Part shown: in pieces, positions 27,991-38,129 of the stretch
Layout: every line of letters starts with the position of its first letter
Position numbering within the stretch: the stretch's first letter is position 1
Sequence record: SRR22947725_362
DNA: 53,847 nucleotides
Strand: one strand, 5' to 3'
Made by a program: the position numbers and the translations under genes
Notes under the pieces: generated by a model
Database searches by the model: none
What the model was told of the DNA's origin: nothing
The model's input: only the letters and a program-made list of their open reading frames with translations

Positions 27991-29682
27991 TTGCACAAAT
28001 TAATTTTTTTAAAGCATTTAATACAGTATGCATTTAACAAAGAAAAAGGCTTGTATGCATGTTTAATCCTTACGCTTTTTAGTGTGAGTTTAGAGCTTAT
28101 GGCCATGTCAAGTTTGATGCCTCTAGGAGCATTGCTTTCAACAGGCAAAGAAACGAATAGCTCCTACCTAGATAAGGTATTAGTTTTTTTTAATATAGAT
28201 GCTAGTCCTTTTACATTTTTGATGATCTTTTTAAGCTTGTTTTCAATGCGATTAATTACGCAATTAGTATTACAAGGGATGATTATTTTTTATGGGAAGA
28301 AATTGATAGGGGATTTATCTAGCCAAGCCCTTGCGGTAATAGGACGAACAATCCCTCTCCGTGATATAGAAGAGAAGAGCATGGGGTATTATACAGCCTT
28401 AGCAGGAGATGAAGCAAACCGCTCCAGTCAAATCGTTATAAATACATTAAATTTTTGTGGTGTCTTATCCTTATCTATTTTTTACTTTGTTGCTATTATT
28501 CTCTATTCGTGGCAATTAGCACTTAGCCTAGTATTTTTTTTATTATTTACATTTGTTTGTTTATTGGGAGTTTTTAAAAAAACGTATCGTTTAGGACAAG
28601 TCCAAATCAATCAGAATAAAGAAGCGAATTCTAGTTTTATCGATGTTATTAATAATTTACATTTTATCAGAAGTTTTCAGTCGGAGGATTATGTTTCTGA
28701 GAAGTTTAGTAAACTTGTGTATAAATATGTTTATACTTTGTTTAAAGGAGACTTCCTAAATGTAGCTGCTAAAATATTGCCCGCCTTATTGTTGCTGATT
28801 TGTACTGGAATATATTTTATCCTAATTAGAGATCATGTAAATGATAAACTTGACTTGGCTTTCATTATTACCATAATATTTTATCTGCTACGATTCTTTC
28901 CAGCTTTAGGGATGTGCCTGACGTCGGGTTTACGCGTTATCTCAGATACCAAATCAGCTAAAGACGTGGTCCAAGTTATAGGACAATTTGACGAAAAATC
29001 AGATTTGGTCTGCTCTCATCAACTGAATATCAAGAATATAAGTATACGTGATTTGACGTTTTATTACGATCAAGATAGGATCGTATTAGATAAGTTGAAT
29101 CTAACATTTCAGAATGGGACTTGTTATGGGCTCAAAGCGCCTTCAGGAGCGGGTAAATCAACTTTGACAAGTTTACTTCTAAAGTTTTATGATGGCTATG
29201 AAGGGGAGATATTTATTAATAATAATGAATTAAGCGAATTGTCAGAGCGAGAAATCAGAGAGAAGATCTTACTCTTAGGTCAAAAATCCGTGGCGTTTAA
29301 TGATTCGATTTACAATAATTTATGTCTTGGTAAAAAAATGTCTGATGAAGAAATCTGGAAGGTCCTAGGGCGAGTTGACTTGAAAAGAACGATAGAGAAG
29401 TTGAAGGGCGGTTTAGAGGAAAAACTGCATTATAACGGCACCAACCTGTCCGGAGGCCAATTACAGCGCCTAGGCATTGCGCGCGCTTTATTGCGGAACC
29501 CGGATGTGTTAATCTTTGATGAGAGTTTCACGGGAATCGATAGCAAGACAAAAAATTCTATCATCAATGAGATCAAAACTTTATATAAAGATAAGATTCT
29601 CATTTTTATCAGTCATGATCAGGAGATCATTGGTCAGGTTGATGAAGTGATCGATTTGGGTGCGAAACCATGTCTAACTTGA
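27991..29682 (+). CDS. ABC exporter with fused TMD-NBD; PglK/Wzk-like lipid-linked glycan flippase
   Basis: N-terminal TM domain, APSGAGKST, LSGGQ, IFDE, ISH; glycan-locus context. Confidence 0.75.
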   Translation: MHKLIFLKHLIQYAFNKEKGLYACLILTLFSVSLELMAMSSLMPLGALLSTGKETNSSYLDKVLVFFNIDASPFTFLMIFLSLFSMRLITQLVLQGMIIFYGKKLIGDLSSQALAVIGRTIPLRDIEEKSMGYYTALAGDEANRSSQIVINTLNFCGVLSLSIFYFVAIILYSWQLALSLVFFLLFTFVCLLGVFKKTYRLGQVQINQNKEANSSFIDVINNLHFIRSFQSEDYVSEKFSKLVYKYVYTLFKGDFLNVAAKILPALLLLICTGIYFILIRDHVNDKLDLAFIITIIFYLLRFFPALGMCLTSGLRVISDTKSAKDVVQVIGQFDEKSDLVCSHQLNIKNISIRDLTFYYDQDRIVLDKLNLTFQNGTCYGLKAPSGAGKSTLTSLLLKFYDGYEGEIFINNNELSELSEREIREKILLLGQKSVAFNDSIYNNLCLGKKMSDEEIWKVLGRVDLKRTIEKLKGGLEEKLHYNGTNLSGGQLQRLGIARALLRNPDVLIFDESFTGIDSKTKNSIINEIKTLYKDKILIFISHDQEIIGQVDEVIDLGAKPCLT

Positions 29683-30380
29683 CGAAAAAAGCTAAACGTA
29701 TTATCAAAAGAATCCGTCGCCGGGTTTTTGAGAGTGTGGGAAAGGCGCGTTATTCACGCCCTTCATTGTATGACATGGACAAAAAACTTGAAAAATATTT
29801 ACCTCATAAAAACGGTTTTTTTATTGAAGTTGGTGGGAACGACGGTTTCACTCAGAGCAATACTTATTATTTTGAGAAAATGAAGGGATGGAGGGGTGTA
29901 TTAGTAGAAGCTATCCCAGAATTATATTTTTTGTGTAAAAAAGAAAGAAAGTACTCTGATGTGTATAATTGTGCTTTAGTTTCTTCTGCTTGTACTGATG
30001 ATTTTGTCGAAATGAACAGTGCAAATTTAATGTCCTCTGTAAAAAATATCTTACCTAAGGATATAGAAGAAGAGCACAATAAGTTGGCCATTGAAGTTCA
30101 GGATGATATTTCGTCAATTTCTACGATAAAAGTTCCAGCTAGAACATTAGAATCAGTCTTAGATGAAATTAATTTAGTCGGGGTAATCGATTTATTGTCT
30201 TTAGATGTCGAAGGTTTTGAATTAGAAGTCCTTAAAGGGCTTAATATTGAAAAGTATTCGCCTACGTTTATTCTTGTCGAGGCTCGCTTCTTTGATGAAA
30301 TTAATAATTTTTTAAAAAGTAAATATGAGATGATTAAGCAACTCTCATATCATGATTACCTCTATAAATTAATAAAATGA
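29670..30380 (+). CDS. FkbM family methyltransferase
   Basis: FFIEVGGNDG-SNT, WRGVLVEA, IDLLSLDVEGFELEVL. Confidence 0.9.
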   Translation: MSNLTKKAKRIIKRIRRRVFESVGKARYSRPSLYDMDKKLEKYLPHKNGFFIEVGGNDGFTQSNTYYFEKMKGWRGVLVEAIPELYFLCKKERKYSDVYNCALVSSACTDDFVEMNSANLMSSVKNILPKDIEEEHNKLAIEVQDDISSISTIKVPARTLESVLDEINLVGVIDLLSLDVEGFELEVLKGLNIEKYSPTFILVEARFFDEINNFLKSKYEMIKQLSYHDYLYKLIK

Positions 30381-31591
30381 AGATAGTTCACCTCGCAACA
30401 AGCAAAAATGGTGGCGCCGGCAGGGCTGCATATAGAATTCATGAAGGGCTTTTAGCAGAGGAGGTTGATAGTGTTTTTTTTACTAGAGATGAATTGAAAC
30501 CCTTTTGTAATTCTTGGCTTAGTCTTCGTAAATTTATTTATTTATTTTATAAAATTTATAAATTTTCAATTAAAAAAATCCTATTTCAACAAGCGTCAGT
30601 ATGTGTGACAGATGATAAGTATATCTATACTAAATTAATACTTCAACAATTACCAAAAGCAGATGTGTATCATCTTCATTGGGTTGCCAATTTCATTGAC
30701 TATAAAGTATTTTTTGAGAATATCTCTGAGAGTAGTAAAGTTGTTTGGACCTTTCATGATTTGAATGCGTTGTTGAGTGTTTTTCATTATCCGACTGACG
30801 AAGCTATAAGCAAGCCTTTATTAGAGAAAGGGGGCTTAAAGGGGTGCAGAAAAAGATGGCTTGGCGCAACATGCAGACGTAAAATGCAGCTTTTCCATTC
30901 ATTAGAGCCTAAAGATTTAACAGTTATTGGCCCGAGTTTATGGATGGCTGATTATGTTAAAAACGATACACTTTGGAGTAAGTTTGCAGTTAATCACATT
31001 CGTTATGGAATTGATTTACAACTCTATTCCCCTCAGAAAGTAGATCGAGCGGAATTTGGAATAGTTGGTGATGATCCGGTCATTCTGTTTTGTGCGGCTG
31101 ATCTAAAAGATAAAAGAAAAGGTATACAGGTGTTTTTTGATGCTTTAAACTATATTGACGGCAAATTTACAGTGTTAGTGGTTGGTGAGAATAGTTCTTA
31201 TAATGAACAGTCTAAGGACAATGTTCTTTTTACAGGAAGGATTAATTGTCCAAAAAAGCTCGTCAGGGCATACAATACAGCCGATATTTTTGCCATAACG
31301 AGCATTGAAGATAATTTACCTAATACAGTCATTGAAGCCATGGCCTGTGGGACTCCCGTAATAGGCTCTGACTGTAGTGGTATCGCCTATATGATTAATA
31401 ACGGCTTTGATGGACTGAAGTTTAAACCAGGCGATGCTTTCATGTTGGCAAAAAAAATCAATCAGTTACTTAGTTCTGATCTTAAGGCTTATTCTGAAAA
31501 TGCTCGGCAAACAGCGCTCGAGCGTTATGATTTAAAGAGACAATCTCTGAGTAATTTTAAATTGTATGAGTCTTTATTTACTGATGAATAA
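30377..31591 (+). CDS. GT4 family glycosyltransferase
   Basis: GGAGRAA, HLHW, WTFHD, RKG, EDNLPNTVIEAMACGTP. Confidence 0.9.
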   Translation: MKIVHLATSKNGGAGRAAYRIHEGLLAEEVDSVFFTRDELKPFCNSWLSLRKFIYLFYKIYKFSIKKILFQQASVCVTDDKYIYTKLILQQLPKADVYHLHWVANFIDYKVFFENISESSKVVWTFHDLNALLSVFHYPTDEAISKPLLEKGGLKGCRKRWLGATCRRKMQLFHSLEPKDLTVIGPSLWMADYVKNDTLWSKFAVNHIRYGIDLQLYSPQKVDRAEFGIVGDDPVILFCAADLKDKRKGIQVFFDALNYIDGKFTVLVVGENSSYNEQSKDNVLFTGRINCPKKLVRAYNTADIFAITSIEDNLPNTVIEAMACGTPVIGSDCSGIAYMINNGFDGLKFKPGDAFMLAKKINQLLSSDLKAYSENARQTALERYDLKRQSLSNFKLYESLFTDE

Positions 31592-32486
31592 ACTAGCACC
31601 AGTATGTCTTTTTGTATATAACCGCCCTTGGCATACGAGACAAACGATTGATACATTGCAAAAAAATATATTAGCAGAAAAATCGGACTTGTTTATTTAT
31701 TCGGATGGAGGGAAAAATCAAGAAGATCAAAGAAATATTCAGGAAGTTAGGGGATATATTACAACAGTTAGTGGCTTCAAGTCGGTCACAATAATTGAAC
31801 GGGAGAAAAATAAAGGTTTAGCGAGTTCAATAATTGAAGGAGTAACATCCATAGTTGAAAAGTACGGTAAGATTATTGTTTTAGAAGATGACATTGTGAC
31901 ATCGCCTTATTTTTTATCTTACATGAATGACGCGCTGAACTTTTATGAAGCCAAAGAGCATGTTATGCATATCTCTTCGTATATTTACCCAATGGAGAAA
32001 AATGGGCTTAGTGAAACCTTTTTTTTACGACCAACTACGTGCTGGGGCTGGGCGACATGGAGTAGTGCATGGAGCGTTTTTGAGAAGAATCCGCAAGACT
32101 TGATTTGTGCGTTTGATAAAGTAAAGATTAAAGAGTTTAATCTCAATGGTGCGCATGATTTTTGGCGTCAGTTATTAGATAATGCTTCAGGTAAAATTAA
32201 TACTTGGGCGATTTTCTGGTATGCCAATGTTTTTCTTCATGGTGGAATATGTTTACACCCGAAAGAGTCTTTAAGTAAAAATATAGGAACTGATGCAACA
32301 GGGACGAACTGTGGCGAGAATGATTTCTTCTTGGTGAAACTATCGACTAATCCTATTAAGTCTTATGAACAAGAGCTAAAAATATCTGAGGCCGCAGACC
32401 AAAAACTGAGGTGCTTTTTTAAAACGATCAAAAAACGTTTTTTATCTTTAAAATATTGGCAGAAAAAAATAAAGAAATATATATGA
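31584..32486 (+). CDS. GT-A-fold glycosyltransferase
   Basis: LFVYNRP, IYSDG, IVLEDD, CWGWATW; ATG 31584 preferred. Confidence 0.85.
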   Translation: MNKLAPVCLFVYNRPWHTRQTIDTLQKNILAEKSDLFIYSDGGKNQEDQRNIQEVRGYITTVSGFKSVTIIEREKNKGLASSIIEGVTSIVEKYGKIIVLEDDIVTSPYFLSYMNDALNFYEAKEHVMHISSYIYPMEKNGLSETFFLRPTTCWGWATWSSAWSVFEKNPQDLICAFDKVKIKEFNLNGAHDFWRQLLDNASGKINTWAIFWYANVFLHGGICLHPKESLSKNIGTDATGTNCGENDFFLVKLSTNPIKSYEQELKISEAADQKLRCFFKTIKKRFLSLKYWQKKIKKYI

Positions 32487-33385
32487 ATTGCCCATTATGT
32501 GAGAGTAAAAGTTATTTTTCTTTGGATGTCATTGATGTGCATCAATTAAAATTGAAATGGCAAAAAGAGTATGGCTTTATACCAAGTGATCTTGAGTGCC
32601 ATAAAGAATTAGAAAAGCGTAAATGTTCTTGTTGTTATATCGATTATTATTCCCCTGAAGTAGTCGGATGCGCTAGCTTGTATGAAGTACTTTCATCTTT
32701 CCCATGGTATTATGAAAGGGAGAAGTGGGAATATCAGGAGACTATAGATTTAGTTTATCAATATAAGCCAAACTCAATTTTAGAGTTTGGTTGTGGAGAG
32801 GGGCATTTCTTAGAGAAGGTTAAGACTGCAATTGGGAAAGTGTATGGTGTTGAAATTAACCCCAAAGCGCAAGAGGTTTTAGCAAGGAAAAAAATCAATT
32901 TTACAGAGAATTTAACCCAAATTATTGATCAAGTTGATATGATATGTTCCTTTCAAGTTTTAGAGCATGTGTCTCAGGTAAAAGAAATCATCGAGCAACT
33001 GTTGCACAAGCTAACACCAGGCGGACGATTAATTTTAGCAGTTCCTAACCCTAAAGGGATTCAGGAACATATTAAGCATGGCATTTTAGATTTACCTCCT
33101 CATCATTGTTTATCGTGGGATTACAAAACTTTTGAGTTTTTGGTAAATAAATATAACTTGGAAATTGTAGACTACCTTCAAGAAAGTGTTAGGGTAGTTG
33201 ATTATAAAGCGTATATTCAAAGTGAATATGATAAATATAGTAAAACATTTTCGCCTTCATGCACACGAAGAGTGATAAGTCGCATATTTTCGTGTGAATT
33301 TTTAAAGCTGTTTTCTCCAATTTTTAAAAATAAAATAAATATTGCAGGTCACAGCCACTTAGTTGTTTTGCAAGTCAAGGGATGA
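32483..33385 (+). CDS. Class I SAM-dependent methyltransferase with N-terminal Cys cluster
   Basis: CPLC, LEFGCGEG, GVEIN, FQVLEH, AVPN, PPHH; ATG 32483 preferred. Confidence 0.85.
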   Translation: MNCPLCESKSYFSLDVIDVHQLKLKWQKEYGFIPSDLECHKELEKRKCSCCYIDYYSPEVVGCASLYEVLSSFPWYYEREKWEYQETIDLVYQYKPNSILEFGCGEGHFLEKVKTAIGKVYGVEINPKAQEVLARKKINFTENLTQIIDQVDMICSFQVLEHVSQVKEIIEQLLHKLTPGGRLILAVPNPKGIQEHIKHGILDLPPHHCLSWDYKTFEFLVNKYNLEIVDYLQESVRVVDYKAYIQSEYDKYSKTFSPSCTRRVISRIFSCEFLKLFSPIFKNKINIAGHSHLVVLQVKG

Positions 33386-33634
33386 GGGAGATATAGGTTA
33401 TACCTAAGAAGGAAGATCTTGAGTATGTTTAAGTATTTTTTTCAAAGAGACTTTAGTATCAAGTGATGAAATAGAAGTAGAAAGCAATAATTTTAGAGTT
33501 TATATGGAAAATATTTATTACCAGTTTCTGTTTTTTATTGTTCCAGTTTTACGTTACATTCTGATATTACAAACAGGTATTTTAACTTGGAGGGTAACCT
33601 CTGAATCTTGTAATGTAATGACGGTAGTAAGCGA

Positions 33635-34627
33635 ATGACTATATTGGTGACTGGAGGCGCAGGGTATATTGGCTCACATACAGTGAAACTTCTTCATGAA
33701 AAAGGCGATGAGATAATCGTTATTGATAGTTTAATACATGGTCATAAATCGTTGATTGAACCTTATTTTACACACTTTTATAAGGGTGATATAGGTGATG
33801 AGGAACTTCTCCGTGGGGTTTTTCAGAGGCACCCAATTGATGCAGTAATTCATTTTGCGGCTTTTGCCTATGTAGGGGAATCAGTAAGGGCTCCTGTAAA
33901 ATATTATAATAATAATGTAGCTTCTTCTTTAGTTCTTCTAAACATAATGGTTGAGTTTGAGTGCAATAAAATTATTTTCTCTTCGACTTGTGCTACATAT
34001 GGGGAACCTGCTTATATTCCTCTAGATGAGAAGCACCCTCAACAGCCAATTAATCCTTATGGTAAAAGTAAGTTCTTTACTGAAAATATTATTCAAGATT
34101 ATGATCATGCTTATGGGCTAAAATCTGTAATTCTCAGGTATTTTAATGCCTGTGGTGCAGCAGCTGATGGTTCTCTGGGAGAATGGCATGACCCAGAAAC
34201 CCATTTAATTCCTTTGGCTATTAATACAGCAATGAGTCAAGGAGGGCCGCTGAAAGTTTTTGGAGATGACTACCCTACAAAGGACGGAAGTTGTGTTAGA
34301 GATTATATAAATGTTGAAGATTTAGCACAGGCCCATTTATCTTCATTGGAGTATTTATTTGAAAAATGCGAGTCGCTTGTGTGTAATTTAGGAACAGGAA
34401 AGGGCTTTAGTGTTTTTGAAATTATTAAAGGCATTGAGGCAGTAACGGGTTTAAAGTTGCATTATACCGTGTGTGCAAGGAGGAAAGGGGACCCATCAGT
34501 CTTGATTGCTAATCCACAATTGGCGAATGAAAAATTACAGTGGTCAGCTCAAAAAAGTGATTTGCAAACTATCATAAAAAGTGCTTGGAAATGGCATCAA
34601 AAAAGTGATAGTTTATCTACTCGTTAG
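33635..34627 (+). CDS. galE: UDP-glucose 4-epimerase (copy 1)
   Basis: TGGAGYIGSH, HFAA-VGES, FSSTCATYG, YGKSK, LRYFNA, ETHLIP, CVRDY. Confidence 0.92.
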   Translation: MTILVTGGAGYIGSHTVKLLHEKGDEIIVIDSLIHGHKSLIEPYFTHFYKGDIGDEELLRGVFQRHPIDAVIHFAAFAYVGESVRAPVKYYNNNVASSLVLLNIMVEFECNKIIFSSTCATYGEPAYIPLDEKHPQQPINPYGKSKFFTENIIQDYDHAYGLKSVILRYFNACGAAADGSLGEWHDPETHLIPLAINTAMSQGGPLKVFGDDYPTKDGSCVRDYINVEDLAQAHLSSLEYLFEKCESLVCNLGTGKGFSVFEIIKGIEAVTGLKLHYTVCARRKGDPSVLIANPQLANEKLQWSAQKSDLQTIIKSAWKWHQKSDSLSTR

Positions 34628-35338
34628 ACTTCTCATTATCCATAATAGCCAGGACCCTAAATAACTGCCATTTCTCCTAGCTATATCTCTTGTTTCCCTC
34701 CTCGCTAAAGTTCTCGTTGAATTTGCCAGACCACCAGCCTGCATATAAGTGAAAGTATCATTTACTTGATTAATCTTTATATTCGCTTTCATTACTCTAA
34801 ACATAAAGTCGTAATCCATTGAGCACTTTAGGCCTTCGTCAAACCCTCCAAGCTGATCATAAACTTCTTTTTTGATGAACGTTGCTGGGTGCATAAAGCA
34901 CATTCTCATTGGCATTTGCCAGAGAGGTTTGGGCTCCATGAGAACAGGGTTTACGTCATGCTCATCTTTACAATAGAGAATGCTTCCACTTAGTATTTGT
35001 AGATCTTGGTTCTTATCGAAAGAATTTAAGACTTCTTCCATGGTGTCATCCAGATACCAATCATCACTATTTAAAAGACATATCAGTTCATTTTCTGTGT
35101 GACTTAGGGCTTGATTCCAAGCTTGAGATATTCCTTTCCCTGTTTGTTTTTCGAGAATTACGACAATACTCGGGTTGGCTTTTTGGAAATCTTTAATAAT
35201 TCTAATCGTTTGATCTTCAGAGTTGCCATCAATAAATATATAACGTGATGGCAACTGCTTTTGTTTGGTGACCGAGTCCAATGTTCTCTGAAGTGTTTTT
35301 GCAGAATTCCAAGTAATAGTTATTAAGTCGTATTTCAG
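34613..35338 (-). CDS. GT2 glycosyltransferase (WcaE/WfgS-like); likely CTG start at 35338
   Basis: IDGNSED, LLNSDDW, MHPATF, MDYD; the conserved N-terminal strand KYDLITITWNSAKTL lies upstream of the track start at 35281. Confidence 0.8.
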   Translation of the reverse strand: MKYDLITITWNSAKTLQRTLDSVTKQKQLPSRYIFIDGNSEDQTIRIIKDFQKANPSIVVILEKQTGKGISQAWNQALSHTENELICLLNSDDWYLDDTMEEVLNSFDKNQDLQILSGSILYCKDEHDVNPVLMEPKPLWQMPMRMCFMHPATFIKKEVYDQLGGFDEGLKCSMDYDFMFRVMKANIKINQVNDTFTYMQAGGLANSTRTLARRETRDIARRNGSYLGSWLLWIMRSLTSR

Positions 35339-35455
35339 AGTGATATTCCAAATAATAGGTTAGTTCAAAATTTATAATACTATTAAATAATTACCAGTGT
35401 GTAGTTTTAATAACAGATTTTGGCATTTCTCGATTAAAAATGATAAAGGTTTTTT

Positions 35456-36721
35456 TTGACAAAATTAAATAAGCTTTTTAGTGAAATAAATTCGGCGAAG
35501 GCCTTAGCGTTCCTTTATCTTTTGCTCATGCCAATAAATATTCCGCTTAGGGGCGGGCTTTTTGTTCATGATATAATAATCCCGATTTTATTTTTAATAA
35601 AATTTAAAGATATTATGAAGTTGAGGAATAAGCTTTATATAAAAATTGGACTGATATATTTAATTTCCATTTCTCTACTTACATTTTTTCATGATTTCCA
35701 ACAAGCGAATTATCGCGAGTTAGTCATCTTTGGATACATGTTTTTGACCTTTGTGGTTTTTAGCGTTGTAGAACTGCCGGTAAAGTTTTTAAAGTTTTAT
35801 GGTTGGGGTGTTTTATCGGTAATTTTTGTTTTTTGGTTTGTGCAGTTTATTATTCTTTCGGGCAAGACTGATGGCCAATATATTGGTTCGTCATTAAGTG
35901 TATTAAGCTCTCGTTTTTATTTTACATTTGGACATCCAAATTTAACGGGTTCATTTTATGCTTTACCGATCATTTGTCTTTGCTTGTCTTATAGAGATAA
36001 ATTAAAGAAGATTAAAAATAGCCAATTTATTTTTATTCTTGTTTTTATTGCAATTCTCTCACTACCTTTAGCAATGACTTACAGTAAACATATGTTGCTG
36101 AGTATTTTTATAGTTCTTGGTCTCATGACTATGCATCCGTGTTTTGTGAAAAAAACTTACCGACTGCCTATTTATGTCATTGCAGGAGGTTTATTTTGCC
36201 TCTTTTATATAACTGTTTTATACGCCTTTATTCCCTTAAAGAAGAGTTTTCCGTATGTGAATACAGAGACAAGAGGAATTTATACACTTCAGCAAGAAGC
36301 CTATCTAAAAATGTTTACACAAAGTAGTGAGTCATTGCTTTTAGGTATTCGCAAGCAAGGGACGATGACGCAATATGCCAGTAATGTAGAACCTAAGGTA
36401 ATTGAAGAGGTACTTGCGGTATACAAGCAGGAATCTCTGTATAAGATGTGGACGACCTATGTAGATTCTCATTGTGAGTATCTAAATCATGCGGCACAAT
36501 ATGGAATATTTGCAGTAGTCATACTATTTTCATTTTGGATTAGCTTTTATTTTATTGCAGAGAACTCTATACCAAATAAGACATTGTTATGTTGGTTTGT
36601 TACTGGAGTTCTTATGTGTTGTTTATGGGATGACCTGTTATCAAAAAGGTGGATTTGGGTATCACTTGGAATTTTATTGGCACATAAAACGGATTTAAAG
36701 ACTGAAGAGGAAATAAATTGA
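35456..36721 (+). CDS. O-antigen ligase/Wzy_C-like polytopic membrane protein
   Basis: About 10-12 TM segments, FGHPN, TYSK, periplasmic loop ending DSHCEYL (HNxYL-like) then GIF. Confidence 0.65.
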   Translation: MTKLNKLFSEINSAKALAFLYLLLMPINIPLRGGLFVHDIIIPILFLIKFKDIMKLRNKLYIKIGLIYLISISLLTFFHDFQQANYRELVIFGYMFLTFVVFSVVELPVKFLKFYGWGVLSVIFVFWFVQFIILSGKTDGQYIGSSLSVLSSRFYFTFGHPNLTGSFYALPIICLCLSYRDKLKKIKNSQFIFILVFIAILSLPLAMTYSKHMLLSIFIVLGLMTMHPCFVKKTYRLPIYVIAGGLFCLFYITVLYAFIPLKKSFPYVNTETRGIYTLQQEAYLKMFTQSSESLLLGIRKQGTMTQYASNVEPKVIEEVLAVYKQESLYKMWTTYVDSHCEYLNHAAQYGIFAVVILFSFWISFYFIAENSIPNKTLLCWFVTGVLMCCLWDDLLSKRWIWVSLGILLAHKTDLKTEEEIN

Positions 36722-38124
36722 AAGTAGCGATTATTGGTGCAGGCCCAGCAGGACTTACTGCTGCTTATGAACTCAGTAAAAAAGGTATAGAGGTTTCGGT
36801 CTTTGAAGCTTCAGACCAGGCAGGTGGCCTTTCCAGATCTTTTGAACTATGGGGACAGACTGTAGATTTAGGTCCACACCGTTTTTTTAGCAGTGATCCG
36901 CGAGTGAACACTCTGTGGCTTGAGGTGGTTAAAAAAGACTATAAAATGGTGAATCGCTTGACGCGAATTTTCTATAAGAAAAAATTCTACTATTATCCTT
37001 TGCAACCAAGAAATGCCTTGTTCAACATGGGGATTTTTACAGCCATTTTTTGCGTGCTTAGTTACCTGAGGCAAAAAGTTATTCCACAAAAACTGAATGC
37101 GAAGACTTTTGAAGGATGGGTAGTTGAGCGCTTTGGACGCAAATTATTTGAAATGTTTTTTAAATCTTATAGTGAAAAGCTTTGGGGAATAAAGTGTGAT
37201 GAACTCGATGCTGACTTTGCCGCGCAAAGAATTAAAAACTTTTCTTTAGGTGAAGCCATAAAAAATGCTTTAGGGTTATCCGGTAAAGATCACAAAACTT
37301 TAGTAGATACTTTTGCTTTTCCATTGGCAGGGACGGGTATGGTCTATGACCGCATGGTGCAGAGTATAATTGCGAATGGCGGGACAGTTCATTATAAATC
37401 GCCAGTTAAATCGGTTATACATACTGAGAGGAAAGTCAATGCTGTAGAGTTGATGAGTGGTGAAGTGCACCAATTTGATCATATTATTTCATCCATGCCG
37501 ATTACCTTATTAGTGAAAAGCCTGAATGATTCGGATCAGGAGGTCAGAGAGGCAAATGATTCTTTAAAGTTTAGAAATACAATTCTTATTTATTTACATG
37601 TTGAAGGTGATAATCACTTTGATGATCAATGGTTATACATACATTCACCTGAATTGAATGTTGGGAGAATTACTAATTTTTCTAATTGGATTCCAGAAAT
37701 TAATAAAGGCAGTCAAAATAGTATTTTGGCTTTGGAATTTTGGAGTAATGACGCCGATGAGTTATGGAATTATTCCAGTGAAAAATTAATAGACTTAGCC
37801 AGTGATGAATTGCGGCAGACCGGTTTAATTGGTAAGGCCAAAATTCTTGATGGCCATATTGAGAAAATAGGCCGTAGTTATCCAGTCTATGGCAATGGTT
37901 ATAAAGAACATTTAAGTAAAGTATACGTTTATTTAAATGGATTTGAGAACCTTTCTGTTATTGGTCGTTATGGTGCTTTTAAATACAATAATCAGGATCA
38001 CAGTATTTTGATGGGACTGTTGGCCGCGGAAAACCTGGGTGGTAGTAAGCACGATTTGTGGGATATTAATACAGGTGATGAATATCAAGAGTCCTCAAGA
38101 ATTACAGAGACTGGTCTGGAGTAA
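36718..38124 (+). CDS. FAD-dependent oxidoreductase, UDP-galactopyranose-mutase/HemY-like family
   Basis: IIGAGPAGL, GGLSRS, DLGPHRFF, YSEKLWG, GRYGAFKYNNQDHS. Confidence 0.75.
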   Translation: MKVAIIGAGPAGLTAAYELSKKGIEVSVFEASDQAGGLSRSFELWGQTVDLGPHRFFSSDPRVNTLWLEVVKKDYKMVNRLTRIFYKKKFYYYPLQPRNALFNMGIFTAIFCVLSYLRQKVIPQKLNAKTFEGWVVERFGRKLFEMFFKSYSEKLWGIKCDELDADFAAQRIKNFSLGEAIKNALGLSGKDHKTLVDTFAFPLAGTGMVYDRMVQSIIANGGTVHYKSPVKSVIHTERKVNAVELMSGEVHQFDHIISSMPITLLVKSLNDSDQEVREANDSLKFRNTILIYLHVEGDNHFDDQWLYIHSPELNVGRITNFSNWIPEINKGSQNSILALEFWSNDADELWNYSSEKLIDLASDELRQTGLIGKAKILDGHIEKIGRSYPVYGNGYKEHLSKVYVYLNGFENLSVIGRYGAFKYNNQDHSILMGLLAAENLGGSKHDLWDINTGDEYQESSRITETGLE

Positions 38125-38129
38125 GAAAA

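Noticed and set aside
33386-33634. Intergenic hairpins (GAGG-GTAA-CCTC; ATTACAA...TTGTAAT) and GACGGTAG before galE1 as an RNA element or second ops site
   Set aside because: Stems are short or AT-only and the ops match is partial; chance occurrence is plausible
28184-35457. T8/A8 homopolymers in glycan genes (e.g. 28184-28191, 30474-30481, 31450-31457, 32019-32026, 35450-35457) as phase-variation tracts
   Set aside because: Runs of 8 A/T are expected in such AT-rich DNA, all genes are in frame, and no long poly-G/C tract is present
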